Positions 1-8,363 of a stretch of 64,000 nucleotides of DNA are shown in pieces (the stretch's first letter is position 1; each line of letters starts with the position of its first letter). The DNA is from an uncultured Enterobacteriaceae bacterium (GTDB taxonomy: Bacteria; Pseudomonadota; Gammaproteobacteria; Burkholderiales; SG8-39), in contig CAZKHE010000002.1 in assembly GCA_964552535.1 (NCBI GenBank), positions 10,711 to 74,710 of the forward strand, written 5' to 3'. The position numbers and the translations under genes are program-made. The notes beneath the pieces are model-generated. The model ran no database searches. It was not told the origin of the DNA and saw only the letters and a program-made list of their open reading frames with translations.

Positions 1-1064
1 GGAATGCGTGCCGGCCAGCGCACCAGCATCGGCACGCGCACGCCGCCTTCCCAGGTGGTGGCCTTCTCGCCCCGGAAGGGCGTGCTGCCGGCGTCGGGCC
101 ACCACGAGGCCATCGCGCCGTTGTCGGTGGTGAAGACCACGATGGTGTTCTCGGCGATCTTCAGGTCGTCGAGCAGCTTGAGCAGCTGGCCCACGTGGCC
201 GTCGTGCTCCATGAGCCCGCTGCCGTAGATGTCGAACTCGCTCGAGATGTCGCTGGCGAGGTGGCGCGACTCGGGTTTCAGGTGGGTGTAGATGTGCATG
301 CGCGACGAGGCGAACCACGCGAAGAACGGCTGCCGGGCCTGCGCCGCGCTGGTGATGAACTTCTTGGTGCGGTCGAGGAACTCCTCGTCCACGGTCTCCA
401 TGCGCTTGGTCGTCAGCGGTCCGGTATCCGTGATCCGCTGCTTGCCGACCTTGCCGAAGCGCGCGTCGACGGTCGGGTCGTCCACGTTCGTCGCCACCGT
501 GTCGAGCACGCCGCGCGGCCGGTAGCGGGCGTTGAAGCCCGGCTCGTTGCGCCACATGCGCAGCTCCGGTTCCTCCTCGGTATTGAGGTGGTAGAGGTTG
601 CCGAAGAACTCGTCGAAGCCGTTGACCGTGGGCAGGTGCTCGTTGCGGTCGCCGAGGTGGTTCTTGCCGAACTGCCCCGTGCGGTAGCCCAGTTCCTTGA
701 GGAGCTTGGCGAGCGTGGGGTCGCGCTGGTCGATGCCCACCGGCGAGCCGGGCAGGCCGACGGTATGCATGCCGGTGCGGATCGGCAGCTGGCCGGTGAT
801 GAAGGCCGCGCGCCCGGGCGTGCAGCTCGGGTGCGCGTAGTGGTCGGTGAAGAGGATGCCTTCGCGCGCGATGCGGTCGATGTTGGGCGTCGGCACCATC
901 ATGCCGTGGCTGTAGATGCCGACGTTCGCGTAGCCGACGTCGTCGGGCATGATGACCAGGATGTTGGGGCGCTGCTGACCCTGCGCGAAGGCCGAGCCGG
1001 CGCACGCGAAGGCGAGCACGGCGGCCAGGGCCAGGCGGCGCCAGAACGATCGAGACGGGTTCAT
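1..1064 (-). CDS. Arylsulfatase (Cys-type sulfatase), secreted; runs off the left edge
   Basis: Manual translation from ATG 1064 (SD AGGAG at 1074-1078): signal peptide, RPNILVIMPDDVG, formylglycine motif SCTPGRAAFITG, GKNHLG, TTDNG, GEKATTWEGGVRVP. Not in the ORF track because no stop lies in the window. Confidence 0.93.
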   Translation of the reverse strand, partial: MNPSRSFWRRLALAAVLAFACAGSAFAQGQQRPNILVIMPDDVGYANVGIYSHGMMVPTPNIDRIAREGILFTDHYAHPSCTPGRAAFITGQLPIRTGMHTVGLPGSPVGIDQRDPTLAKLLKELGYRTGQFGKNHLGDRNEHLPTVNGFDEFFGNLYHLNTEEEPELRMWRNEPGFNARYRPRGVLDTVATNVDDPTVDARFGKVGKQRITDTGPLTTKRMETVDEEFLDRTKKFITSAAQARQPFFAWFASSRMHIYTHLKPESRHLASDISSEFDIYGSGLMEHDGHVGQLLKLLDDLKIAENTIVVFTTDNGAMASWWPDAGSTPFRGEKATTWEGGVRVPMLVRWPARI

Positions 1065-1115
1065 GTGGGGGGGCTCCTGTCGGGGGCTGGAGGTGATTGC
1101 GTTGCGGGCGTGCGG

Positions 1116-2636
1116 TCAGAAGATGGCGGTCAGGCCCAGGCCGAGCGTGGTCCAGGGCTCGGTGCCCTGCGGCGCGATGGCCTTCAGACCATCACGGGGG
1201 CTGCTGCGCGAGATGAAGGCGATTCCGATCAGCCGCGGGTTGAACACGCGGGAGTACTGCAGGTACACCTCGTTCGAGAGCCCTTCCGACGGGACGCCAA
1301 CGAGTAGCTGGTTCCCCGTGAAGCGCGCGCCTTGCCCGAACTGCACCGGGCTGTTCGTCTGATCGACCGAGGCGCGCACGTACTGGAACTGCACGAGGTC
1401 GCGGGGCGAGAGGGCCGCGTCGACGATGAACCGGTGCGCACGCAGGTTGGAGTTGAGCCAGGAGTAGGCGCCGTTGGCGCCGAACCACCAGTTGTCGAGG
1501 CCGTTGCCCCAGAAGAGCGGGTCGAACCGCTCGTAAGTCGGCGTGTCGGGATCGTCTCCGCTGAAGCGCGCGACGTGATAGCTGAACTTCGGCGAGAACG
1601 GCAGCCCGCGCGCGAGCCAGCTCACCCCCAGCATCCACGCGCTGGCCCGCATCGGATCGCGGCGGCCGTCGACGCGCGTGATCTCGTTGCGCTGCTCTGC
1701 GAACTCGGCGCGCAGTCCGAGCTGGGGCAGCTCGGGGATGAAGCCGGTCACGTCCAGCCAGCCGTGCCACGTGTCGAGGCCCTCGCGGCCCCCGTCGATG
1801 AAGTCGAGCGGCGCCAGGTTGCCGGGGTAGATGGCCTGCGACCGCGGCACCGTGAGCCAGGCGACCCCGGCCTTGCCCACCTTCGGCCGCGCCCACTCGA
1901 CCGCCACGCCCTCCACCCGGGTCTCGGTGCGCGCCTCGGGCGCCTCGTCCGGCTCCAGCACGAAGGCGGTGCCGGTCACCTCTCCGCGGCCGGCGCGCGC
2001 GATGGCTGTGCGGCCCCACGTCTTGCGCTGCGCCGAGGCGCCGCCGCCCCAGGAGTACCCGTTGCTCGAGCCGGCGGTGAGCAGCATGCCGGTGCCCAGG
2101 GTGTACACCTGGCGGCCGAAGGAGAGGTCGTAACGCCAGTCGTCGACAGCACCGCGCATGCCGAGCATGGCCGAGCCGAACCGGACCGTGCCCTGGTCGC
2201 GGTAATCGAACGCGTCGGCGCCCAGCGTCTTCGTCGCGCCGACCGATAGCACGCCGTAGGCTTCGTGGCCGGCGTTCACCGCATAGCGCCCGGCCACCCT
2301 CGGATGCACCCAGAACTCGGAGAAGCTGCGGTCCGTGTCGAAGTCGGGGGACGCGGTTGCCGCGAGATTCCACCAGGTGCCGCTCATCGCGTAGAAGGCG
2401 GTGTAGGTGTCGATGCCGGCATCGAGCTCGAGCCCACCGAACGACCGCTTCCAGCCCGACGTGGCGTTGTCCTGCGCAAAGGCCGCCGACGCCATCAGCA
2501 GGAGCGCAACGGCGGCAGCGGTCGGGCAGCGCAGGCCCGCAGGCCCGCGAAGGCGGCGCATCGTGATCACGGCGCGCGAAAGTGTATCGGCCGAACCCTC
2601 GCCGTCTGTCGGTTCCAGCGCGGTCTGTGTACCCAT
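1116..2636 (-). CDS. Alginate-export-family outer-membrane beta-barrel
   Basis: 506 aa; signal ending AAFA-Q (true start may be ATG 2561), amphipathic strands, FSGDDPDT and FDPLFWG segments typical of the family, C-terminal Phe; directly upstream of the sulfatase. Confidence 0.7.
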   Translation of the reverse strand: MGTQTALEPTDGEGSADTLSRAVITMRRLRGPAGLRCPTAAAVALLLMASAAFAQDNATSGWKRSFGGLELDAGIDTYTAFYAMSGTWWNLAATASPDFDTDRSFSEFWVHPRVAGRYAVNAGHEAYGVLSVGATKTLGADAFDYRDQGTVRFGSAMLGMRGAVDDWRYDLSFGRQVYTLGTGMLLTAGSSNGYSWGGGASAQRKTWGRTAIARAGRGEVTGTAFVLEPDEAPEARTETRVEGVAVEWARPKVGKAGVAWLTVPRSQAIYPGNLAPLDFIDGGREGLDTWHGWLDVTGFIPELPQLGLRAEFAEQRNEITRVDGRRDPMRASAWMLGVSWLARGLPFSPKFSYHVARFSGDDPDTPTYERFDPLFWGNGLDNWWFGANGAYSWLNSNLRAHRFIVDAALSPRDLVQFQYVRASVDQTNSPVQFGQGARFTGNQLLVGVPSEGLSNEVYLQYSRVFNPRLIGIAFISRSSPRDGLKAIAPQGTEPWTTLGLGLTAIF

Positions 2637-2746
2637 TGTGGGTACGTGCCGATCGTCTTCGTCGCGGTGCCCTACCTATACTCGTTCCGACTCGGCGGCG
2701 TGCCACGCAGCCGCTGCACCTTTTCTGAACACAACCAGGCTCCGTC

Positions 2747-3118
2747 ATGCGCTCGTCCCTGCTCGCACTCTCGATTGCCCTCCTGCTGCCCATCGCCGCC
2801 GTCGCGCAGGCGCCCAAGCCGGCACCGTCTCCTTCGCTCGCCGAGCAGGAGGATCTGAAGTTCGAGGAGGCCATCCGCGGTTTCGGATTCGTCTCCGGCG
2901 CGGCCTACCAGTGCCTGCCCGAGGCCGACCGCACCGCGCACGACCGCCAGGTCCTCACGGCCTACTCCGGGCTCGTGCGTCTGTTCGGCAGCGACCGCGC
3001 CTTCTTCTATGCCGCGGCGTTCGGGGCCGGCACCAGCATGAGCCTCGACAAGGCGAAGTGCGCCGAGTACATCGAGGACTTCCGCGCCGCGATGAAGTCG
3101 AGCGTCCGCCCTCAGTGA
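2747..3118 (+). CDS. Secreted hypothetical protein with two Cys
   Basis: 123 aa ORF with a clear signal peptide (IAAVA-Q). Confidence 0.75.
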   Translation: MRSSLLALSIALLLPIAAVAQAPKPAPSPSLAEQEDLKFEEAIRGFGFVSGAAYQCLPEADRTAHDRQVLTAYSGLVRLFGSDRAFFYAAAFGAGTSMSLDKAKCAEYIEDFRAAMKSSVRPQ

Positions 3119-3128
3119 GGAGACAGCC

Positions 3129-3584
3129 ATGACGCAACGCATCGCCCGGCTGGGCCGGGCCACCGTGCACGCGGTCATGCTTGCCGCGGCGCTCGCTGCG
3201 GCGCTGCCGGCGGAGGCTTCCCGGTGGGGCGCGCGACGCGAGTTCCGCGAAGGCCAGCGCGAGATCGCGCGCGAGCGCCGCGAGATGCGCCGGGACATCA
3301 TGCGCGCGGACTCGCCCAGGGAGGCGCGCCGCGCCTATTGGGAGGGCCAGCGGGAGATCGGCCGCGAGCGCCGCGAGATGCGGCGCGAGGTCCATCGCGA
3401 GCTCCGCTATGGGCGCTGGGAGCGCGACCGCGTGGGCGAAGTGATCGCCGGCGTGGCCCTGGGCGCGGTGATCGTCGCGGTCGCCCGCGGCGTGGCCCCG
3501 ACGCCGCCGTCGCCGGAACTGTGCTGGGTCTGGAGCGACCCCTATCACGAGCGCGGCTACTGGGACCGCTGCGGCGGGTACTGA
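3129..3584 (+). CDS. Secreted Arg/Glu-rich protein with internal repeat and C-terminal Cys pair
   Basis: SD GAGGAG; EGQREI(A/G)RERREMRR twice; GEVIAGVALGAVIV; CWVWSDPYHERGYWDRC. Confidence 0.75.
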   Translation: MTQRIARLGRATVHAVMLAAALAAALPAEASRWGARREFREGQREIARERREMRRDIMRADSPREARRAYWEGQREIGRERREMRREVHRELRYGRWERDRVGEVIAGVALGAVIVAVARGVAPTPPSPELCWVWSDPYHERGYWDRCGGY

Positions 3585-3748
3585 GCCGCCCGAAGCCCGA
3601 CGGTCCGCGGGGCGGTCGCCTCGCACCCGCCGCGACCCATTTCGCATGCGCGCGTGCACGGACGTGGCGAATGCGATCGGGGCCGTGCTACAGAACGCGC
3701 AGGATCCGCAGGGCCTCCGCTGCAAGGAGGGTCAAGGGAGACGGCGCA

Positions 3749-4207
3749 ATGGACGACGTCGTTCGGAGCTTCGGCGAGACGCTCGGCCGCAACGTGCTTG
3801 CGGGAGCGTGGACTGACGTGCGCGCGCTTCTGGCCCCCTGGTTGCGCGTTTCCTGGAGCGCCGATCAGGTGCGGGCGTTCTTCGAGGACGAGTACCGGTC
3901 GGCGCTCGCCGCGAATGGCGTGCAGGCGCTTCACCATCCCGGACATCCGGAGCCCTCGCTCGGCGGGAATGTCCACATGAACGCCACCAAGCTCCGCGAG
4001 CCGATCGCCGCGCTGGGCGGGAAGGTGCGCCCGGTGCCGCCCGAGTTGACCGACGAGGCGATGCGGTACTGGCTGAAGCTGCAGCTCCATTGCTCCGACG
4101 AGCAGATGGCGAAGTTCGACTTCGACACCTTCTGCGAGGTGTGGATCGCGGTCGTCTCGACGGACGAGGGGCTGCGGGTCGGCTACTGGAGCCACGGCCC
4201 GTACTGA
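3749..4207 (+). CDS. Hypothetical protein (MDDVVRSFG..., 152 aa)
   Basis: C-terminal part of ORF 3224..4207; ATG 3749 preceded by GGGAG; normal globular composition. Confidence 0.7.
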   Translation: MDDVVRSFGETLGRNVLAGAWTDVRALLAPWLRVSWSADQVRAFFEDEYRSALAANGVQALHHPGHPEPSLGGNVHMNATKLREPIAALGGKVRPVPPELTDEAMRYWLKLQLHCSDEQMAKFDFDTFCEVWIAVVSTDEGLRVGYWSHGPY

Positions 4208-4271
4208 CGCCTTGCGGGGCGTCGAGCAACCCGGGCGCCAGTGCGCGCCACCGGGCCTGCGCCGGCCGGCG

Positions 4272-4454
4272 CTAATCCTTCATCGCGTCGATCAGCCCGC
4301 CGACGCCGGCGCCGATCAGCATTCCCGAAGTCGCATTGCCGGAGAGGCCGCCGATGCCGGCGCCGGCGAGGCCGCCGTAGAAGGAGGTGCTGGAGCAGCC
4401 GGGGAGCGTCCACGCCGAGGCGAGCAGGACGAGGATGGCGAGCGTTTTCTTCAT
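4272..4454 (-). CDS. Small glycine-zipper lipoprotein (60 aa)
   Basis: MKKTLAILVLLASAWTLPG-C lipobox; GGLAGAGIGG...GAGVGG zipper; tail of shadow ORF 4272..5582. Confidence 0.8.
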   Translation of the reverse strand: MKKTLAILVLLASAWTLPGCSSTSFYGGLAGAGIGGLSGNATSGMLIGAGVGGLIDAMKD

Positions 4455-4471
4455 GTCGATCTCCGCACCGG

Positions 4472-4879
4472 TTACTTGCTGGGTCCGACCTTGGGCTTGA
4501 TGACTTCGAGCCACATCACGGCCATCACCGCCGTCTCCTGCTTGCCGGGGTTCGCCGCGTACCAGGCATCGATGCGCCGCACGGCTTCGCCGACCGACGT
4601 GTCGGCGAAGCCCGGAGCGATGCGGCGGGCGAACGTCATCTGGTTCGCCGGGATGTGGCGTTCGTCCCACCCGATGCCCGCCGAGATTGCGTTCGCGATG
4701 CCGAAGACGAACGCGCGCTTCTCGGCGATGGAGGAGCTGGCCCAATCGTTCCCGTTCGCGAACCGCTGTTGAGGCACCGCCGCGGAAGGCTGGCCCTGCG
4801 TCTGTGCCTGGGATGCGAGGGGCGCGGCGGCAATGACGGCGCCGGCGGCGAGCGCTGCGACCCTGAAGAGCATCTTCAC
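4472..4879 (-). CDS. Secreted hypothetical protein
   Basis: 135 aa, GTG start with GGAGG SD, signal peptide ending ASQA-Q. Confidence 0.75.
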   Translation of the reverse strand: MKMLFRVAALAAGAVIAAAPLASQAQTQGQPSAAVPQQRFANGNDWASSSIAEKRAFVFGIANAISAGIGWDERHIPANQMTFARRIAPGFADTSVGEAVRRIDAWYAANPGKQETAVMAVMWLEVIKPKVGPSK

Positions 4880-5014
4880 GTTCTTGTCCTCCCCGGTGTG
4901 TCGTGCAAGGGAGGGCGATTGTCGCGCGCGCGTGGGCGGGGCGCAATTTGTGGTCGGGCCCGCGAAACGCGGGCGGGGATTCCGGGAACGTTCGTGTGCT
5001 CGCCGACGCGGCCC

Positions 5015-5482
5015 TCAACTGCCCGTTTGTGACATCGCCCGCATGCGCGCTTCGACCTCCTCGCTGCTGAGGTCTTCCTTGTGGGTGGCGAGATGCCAGG
5101 TGTGGCCGAACGGGTCGCGGACGCTGCCGCTGCGGTCGCCGTAGAACTGGTCCTGCACGGGCCGCACCGGGGTCGCACCGGCTTCCACCGCGCGGGCGTA
5201 CACCGCATCGACGTCCTCGACGTACAGATGCAGGTGGACCGGCGAGCCCTGGTGATGCTCGGGACCGCGGAAGCCGATGTCCGGATGCTCGTCGGCGAGC
5301 ATCACCACCGAATCGCCGATCTCGAGCTCGGCATGGCTGATCTTTCCCTCCGCGCCGGCGAGCCGCATGCGCTCGCGGGCGCCGAACGCGCGCGCGTAGA
5401 ACGCGATCGCGGCGGTGCCGCCGTCCACGCAGAGGTAGGGGGTCAGCGAGTGGTAGCCCTCGGGAATGGGCGTGGCAGCCAT
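5015..5482 (-). CDS. VOC/glyoxalase family protein (PhnB-like)
   Basis: IPEGYHSLTPYL, HAELEIGDSVVMLADE, DQFYGDRSGSVRDPFGHTW. Confidence 0.92.
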   Translation of the reverse strand: MAATPIPEGYHSLTPYLCVDGGTAAIAFYARAFGARERMRLAGAEGKISHAELEIGDSVVMLADEHPDIGFRGPEHHQGSPVHLHLYVEDVDAVYARAVEAGATPVRPVQDQFYGDRSGSVRDPFGHTWHLATHKEDLSSEEVEARMRAMSQTGS

Positions 5483-5540
5483 GGTTTCGTCTCCTGTCGT
5501 CGTTCAATGCCCAGCAAGCGGCATTCCCGCCGCAGCGCGG

Positions 5541-5570
5541 GGCTTCGTATTCTGGGGCCGCGCGGTTACA
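5541..5570 (-). promoter_or_regulatory. ECF-sigma-type promoter TGTAACC-N16-CGAAGCC pointing to the VOC gene
   Basis: Minus strand -35 at 5570-5564 and -10 at 5547-5541; both boxes and the 16-bp spacing recur exactly at 33897-33868. Confidence 0.65.
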
Positions 5571-5611
5571 GCCGGCCTGCAAAAGAAAAGCGCGCCTCGG
5601 CGGCCGGGACG

Positions 5612-5659
5612 GGTAACCGCCGGATGGCTCGGCCCGTACTACCGGTCAGATCGCGGCGA
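5612..5659 (+). promoter_or_regulatory. ECF-type promoter GGTAACC-N16-CGTACT plus conserved leader for repeat protein P1
   Basis: 5635-5659 matches 33953-33977 at 24/25 nt. Confidence 0.65.
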
Positions 5660-5721
5660 CGACGCGAAGCAGGCGGCAAGCAGAGCGATCCCACCCACCC
5701 CAACCGAACTGGAGAACGATC

Positions 5722-6051
5722 ATGCTGAACCTCAAGACCCTGGTTACCGGCCTTGCCCTGGCCGCGTCCTTTGCCTCCTTCAATGCCGTCGCCGCGGACG
5801 ACTGGTATCGCTCGACCGGCGGCGTGGCGCCCCACGCCATCGGCGACGAGTTCTATGCGCGCGGCACCGGCGGCGTGACCCCCAACGCGATCGGCGACGA
5901 GTTCTACGCTCGCGGCACCGGCGGCGTCGCGCCGGCGATCGCCGACGACTTCTTCGCGCGCGGCACCGGCGGCGTGACGCCGGGCGCGGTCAGCGACGAG
6001 TTCTATTCGCGCGGCACCGGCGGCATCGCTCCCCAGGCGCACGGCGAGTGA
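5722..6051 (+). CDS. Secreted TGGV-repeat protein P1 (5 repeats)
   Basis: SD GGAGA; signal peptide NAVA-A; repeats such as DEFYARGTGGVTPNAIG; three paralogues in the window. Confidence 0.9.
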   Translation: MLNLKTLVTGLALAASFASFNAVAADDWYRSTGGVAPHAIGDEFYARGTGGVTPNAIGDEFYARGTGGVAPAIADDFFARGTGGVTPGAVSDEFYSRGTGGIAPQAHGE

Positions 6052-6077
6052 TCGCGCGTCCGTGAAGCGGAGCGCAG

Positions 6078-6105
6078 GCGCGGGTCCCGGTGTCGGGATC
6101 CGCGC
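6078..6105 (+). terminator. GC-rich 12-bp hairpin after P1
   Basis: gcgcgggtcccg-gtgt-cgggatccgcgc (one G-U pair); no U tract, so possibly a stabiliser or attenuator. Confidence 0.45.
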
Positions 6106-6129
6106 GGCATTCATCGCAAAGGAAGCCGC

Positions 6130-6912
6130 ATGATGCTTCGCGCGTGCATGGCGTTGCTTGCCGCAGTCGTGACGCTCGCTCCGGGTACGGCGGACGCGCG
6201 GCGTTGCTCCGCGGTGTCCGGTCCCGATCGCGTCCCGTTGATCGAGCTCTATACCTCCGAGGGTTGCGACAGTTGTCCGCCCGCGGACCGCTGGCTCGCG
6301 ACGACCGCCGCGGAGGCCTTCAAGGCGGGACGCGCCGTGCCGCTCGCGCTGCACGTCGATTACTGGGATCACCTCGGCTGGCGCGACCCCTACGCGTCGG
6401 CGCAGTTCAGCGCACGTCAGCGGGCATCGGCGCAGCGCGCCAACAGCCGCGTCATCTACACGCCGCAGGTGCAGGTGAACGGCCGCGATTTCCGCGGCTG
6501 GGGAGATCGCCGCGCAGTGGCGCGTGCGCTCGACGCCGGCGGCGGACCCGCACGGGCGAAGCTCGCGCTGGAGGCCACGCAACAGGGCGCCGCACCGTGG
6601 ACCATCGCCGTGAACGCGGAGGCGGCGGGCGAGACGGCACGCGGCGCGGGGGTCTACCTCGCGCTCTACGAAAGCGGCCTGGTGTCGCAGGTGAAGGCCG
6701 GCGAGAACCGCGGCGCGACGCTGCGGCACGACTTCGTCGTGCGCGAATGGCTCGGGCCGCTGCCGCTCGACGCGACCGGACGCTTGAGCGACACGCGGAC
6801 GCTGCCGGCGCGCGTGGACATCGACTACTCGCGCGCCGGAATCGCGGCCTTCGTGCAGGATGCGCGCGGCGAGATCCTGCAGACGCTCGCGCTGCCGCTC
6901 TGCGGCGGCTGA
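6130..6912 (+). CDS. DUF1223 thioredoxin-like secreted protein
   Basis: ELYTSEGCDSCPPAD (CxxC), LHVDYWDHLGWRDPY, YTPQVQVNG, GENRGATLRHDFVVR. Confidence 0.9.
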   Translation: MMLRACMALLAAVVTLAPGTADARRCSAVSGPDRVPLIELYTSEGCDSCPPADRWLATTAAEAFKAGRAVPLALHVDYWDHLGWRDPYASAQFSARQRASAQRANSRVIYTPQVQVNGRDFRGWGDRRAVARALDAGGGPARAKLALEATQQGAAPWTIAVNAEAAGETARGAGVYLALYESGLVSQVKAGENRGATLRHDFVVREWLGPLPLDATGRLSDTRTLPARVDIDYSRAGIAAFVQDARGEILQTLALPLCGG

Positions 6913-6950
6913 TGCGCTGATTCGCGGGCGGGCGTACCGAGGCGGGACCG

Positions 6951-8330
6951 CTACACGGGCTTGAGATCCCCCAGCACCGTCGGCACCAGCTCCGCCACCG
7001 TCGGATGGATGTGCACGGCGTGCTTCAGCGTCGTGTAGGGCTGGCGCGCGTACATCGTCTGCAGGATGGTGTGCACCACCTCGTCCCCGCCGACGCCGAG
7101 GATCGCGGCGCCCAGGATCTCCTGCGAGTCGGCGTCCGTCATGACCTTGATGAAGCCCTGGGTCTCGCCCTTCTCGATCGCGCGCCCGACGCGCGACATC
7201 GGCCGCTTGCCGACGAGCACCTTGCGGCCGGCCTTCTGCGCCTCGGCGAGCGTCATGCCCGCACGGCCGAGCGGCGGGTCGATGAACAGGCCGTAGGTCG
7301 CGATGCGGTCGGTCACGCGCCGCGCGGCGCCGTCGAGCAGGTTGTCGGCGACGATCTCGTAGTCGTTGTACGCGGTGTGCGTGAATGCGCCGCGGCCGTT
7401 GCAGTCGCCCAGCGCCCAGACGCCCGGCACCGAGGTCTCCAGCGTGTCGTTCACCTTGATGTAGCCGCGCGCGTCGGTCTCGATGCCGGCGCGGTCGAGC
7501 CCGAGGTCGTCGGTGTTGGGGAGCCGCCCGATCGCGAGCAGCGCGGCGCTGGCCTCGATGCGCGGGGCGCCCTCGACGCACTCGAGTTTGACCGCCACGC
7601 CGCCCGCGCACGGCGCCAATGCGAGGCACTTCGCATCGACGCGGACCGCGACGCCTTCACGCTCGAGGATGGCGCGCACCTCGGCGGACACGTCCTCGTC
7701 CTCGCGCCCGATGAGCCGCGGCCCCATCTCGACGACGGTCACGCGGCTGCCGAAGCGCCGGTACATGTGCCCGAACTCGAGGCCGATGTAGCTCCCGCCG
7801 ACGATGACGAGATGCTCCGGCACGAAGTCCACGTGCATGATGGACGAGCTGGTGAAGTGCGGCGTGACGTCGGCGCCGGCGACCCCGCGCGTGCTCGGCC
7901 GCCCGCCGACGTTGATGAAGATGCGCGGCGCCTCGAGCGTCTCGCCGTTCACCTCGACGGTGTGCGGCCCGGTGAAGCGCGCGTGGCCGCGAAACACCGA
8001 GATGCGCTCGTGGCCCGTCATCCACTTCTCGACGATCTCCCGCGAGCGGCCCACGACCTCGTCCTTGCGCGCCTTGACGCGCTGCATGTCGATGCGCGGC
8101 GGGGCGTCGAGCACCACGCCGTACTCGGCGGCGCGCTGCGCGGCGCGCGCGACGGCGGCGCTCGCGACGAGGGTCTTGGTCGGGGTGCAGCCGGTGTTCA
8201 CGCACGTGCCGCCGAAGCGGGCACGCTCGATGATCGCGACCTGCATGCCGGAGCGTGCGAGGCGGTCGGCCATGGCGGGTCCCGCCTGGCCGGTGCCGAT
8301 GACGATGGCGTCGAAGCGCGCGGCAGTCAT
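6951..8330 (-). CDS. Pyridine nucleotide-disulfide oxidoreductase (RclA/MerA-like family, not MerA)
   Basis: GTGQAG FAD site, GGTCVNTGCTP redox disulfide, GGSYIGLE, HIHPTVAE; no C-terminal Cys pair. Confidence 0.9.
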   Translation of the reverse strand: MTAARFDAIVIGTGQAGPAMADRLARSGMQVAIIERARFGGTCVNTGCTPTKTLVASAAVARAAQRAAEYGVVLDAPPRIDMQRVKARKDEVVGRSREIVEKWMTGHERISVFRGHARFTGPHTVEVNGETLEAPRIFINVGGRPSTRGVAGADVTPHFTSSSIMHVDFVPEHLVIVGGSYIGLEFGHMYRRFGSRVTVVEMGPRLIGREDEDVSAEVRAILEREGVAVRVDAKCLALAPCAGGVAVKLECVEGAPRIEASAALLAIGRLPNTDDLGLDRAGIETDARGYIKVNDTLETSVPGVWALGDCNGRGAFTHTAYNDYEIVADNLLDGAARRVTDRIATYGLFIDPPLGRAGMTLAEAQKAGRKVLVGKRPMSRVGRAIEKGETQGFIKVMTDADSQEILGAAILGVGGDEVVHTILQTMYARQPYTTLKHAVHIHPTVAELVPTVLGDLKPV

Positions 8331-8363
8331 GGGCGCTCTCCCGGGTTGGGGAAAGTATGGAGT

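Noticed and set aside
5790-6045. Regularly spaced DNA repeats (cgcggcacSggcggcgt) that look like a mini CRISPR array; same pattern at P2, P3 and P4
   Set aside because: Repeats are in frame inside coding sequences, the spacers are related to each other, variation is synonymous, and no cas genes are present
6951-8330. Mercuric reductase MerA
   Set aside because: No NmerA domain, no C-terminal Cys-Cys pair and no mer operon
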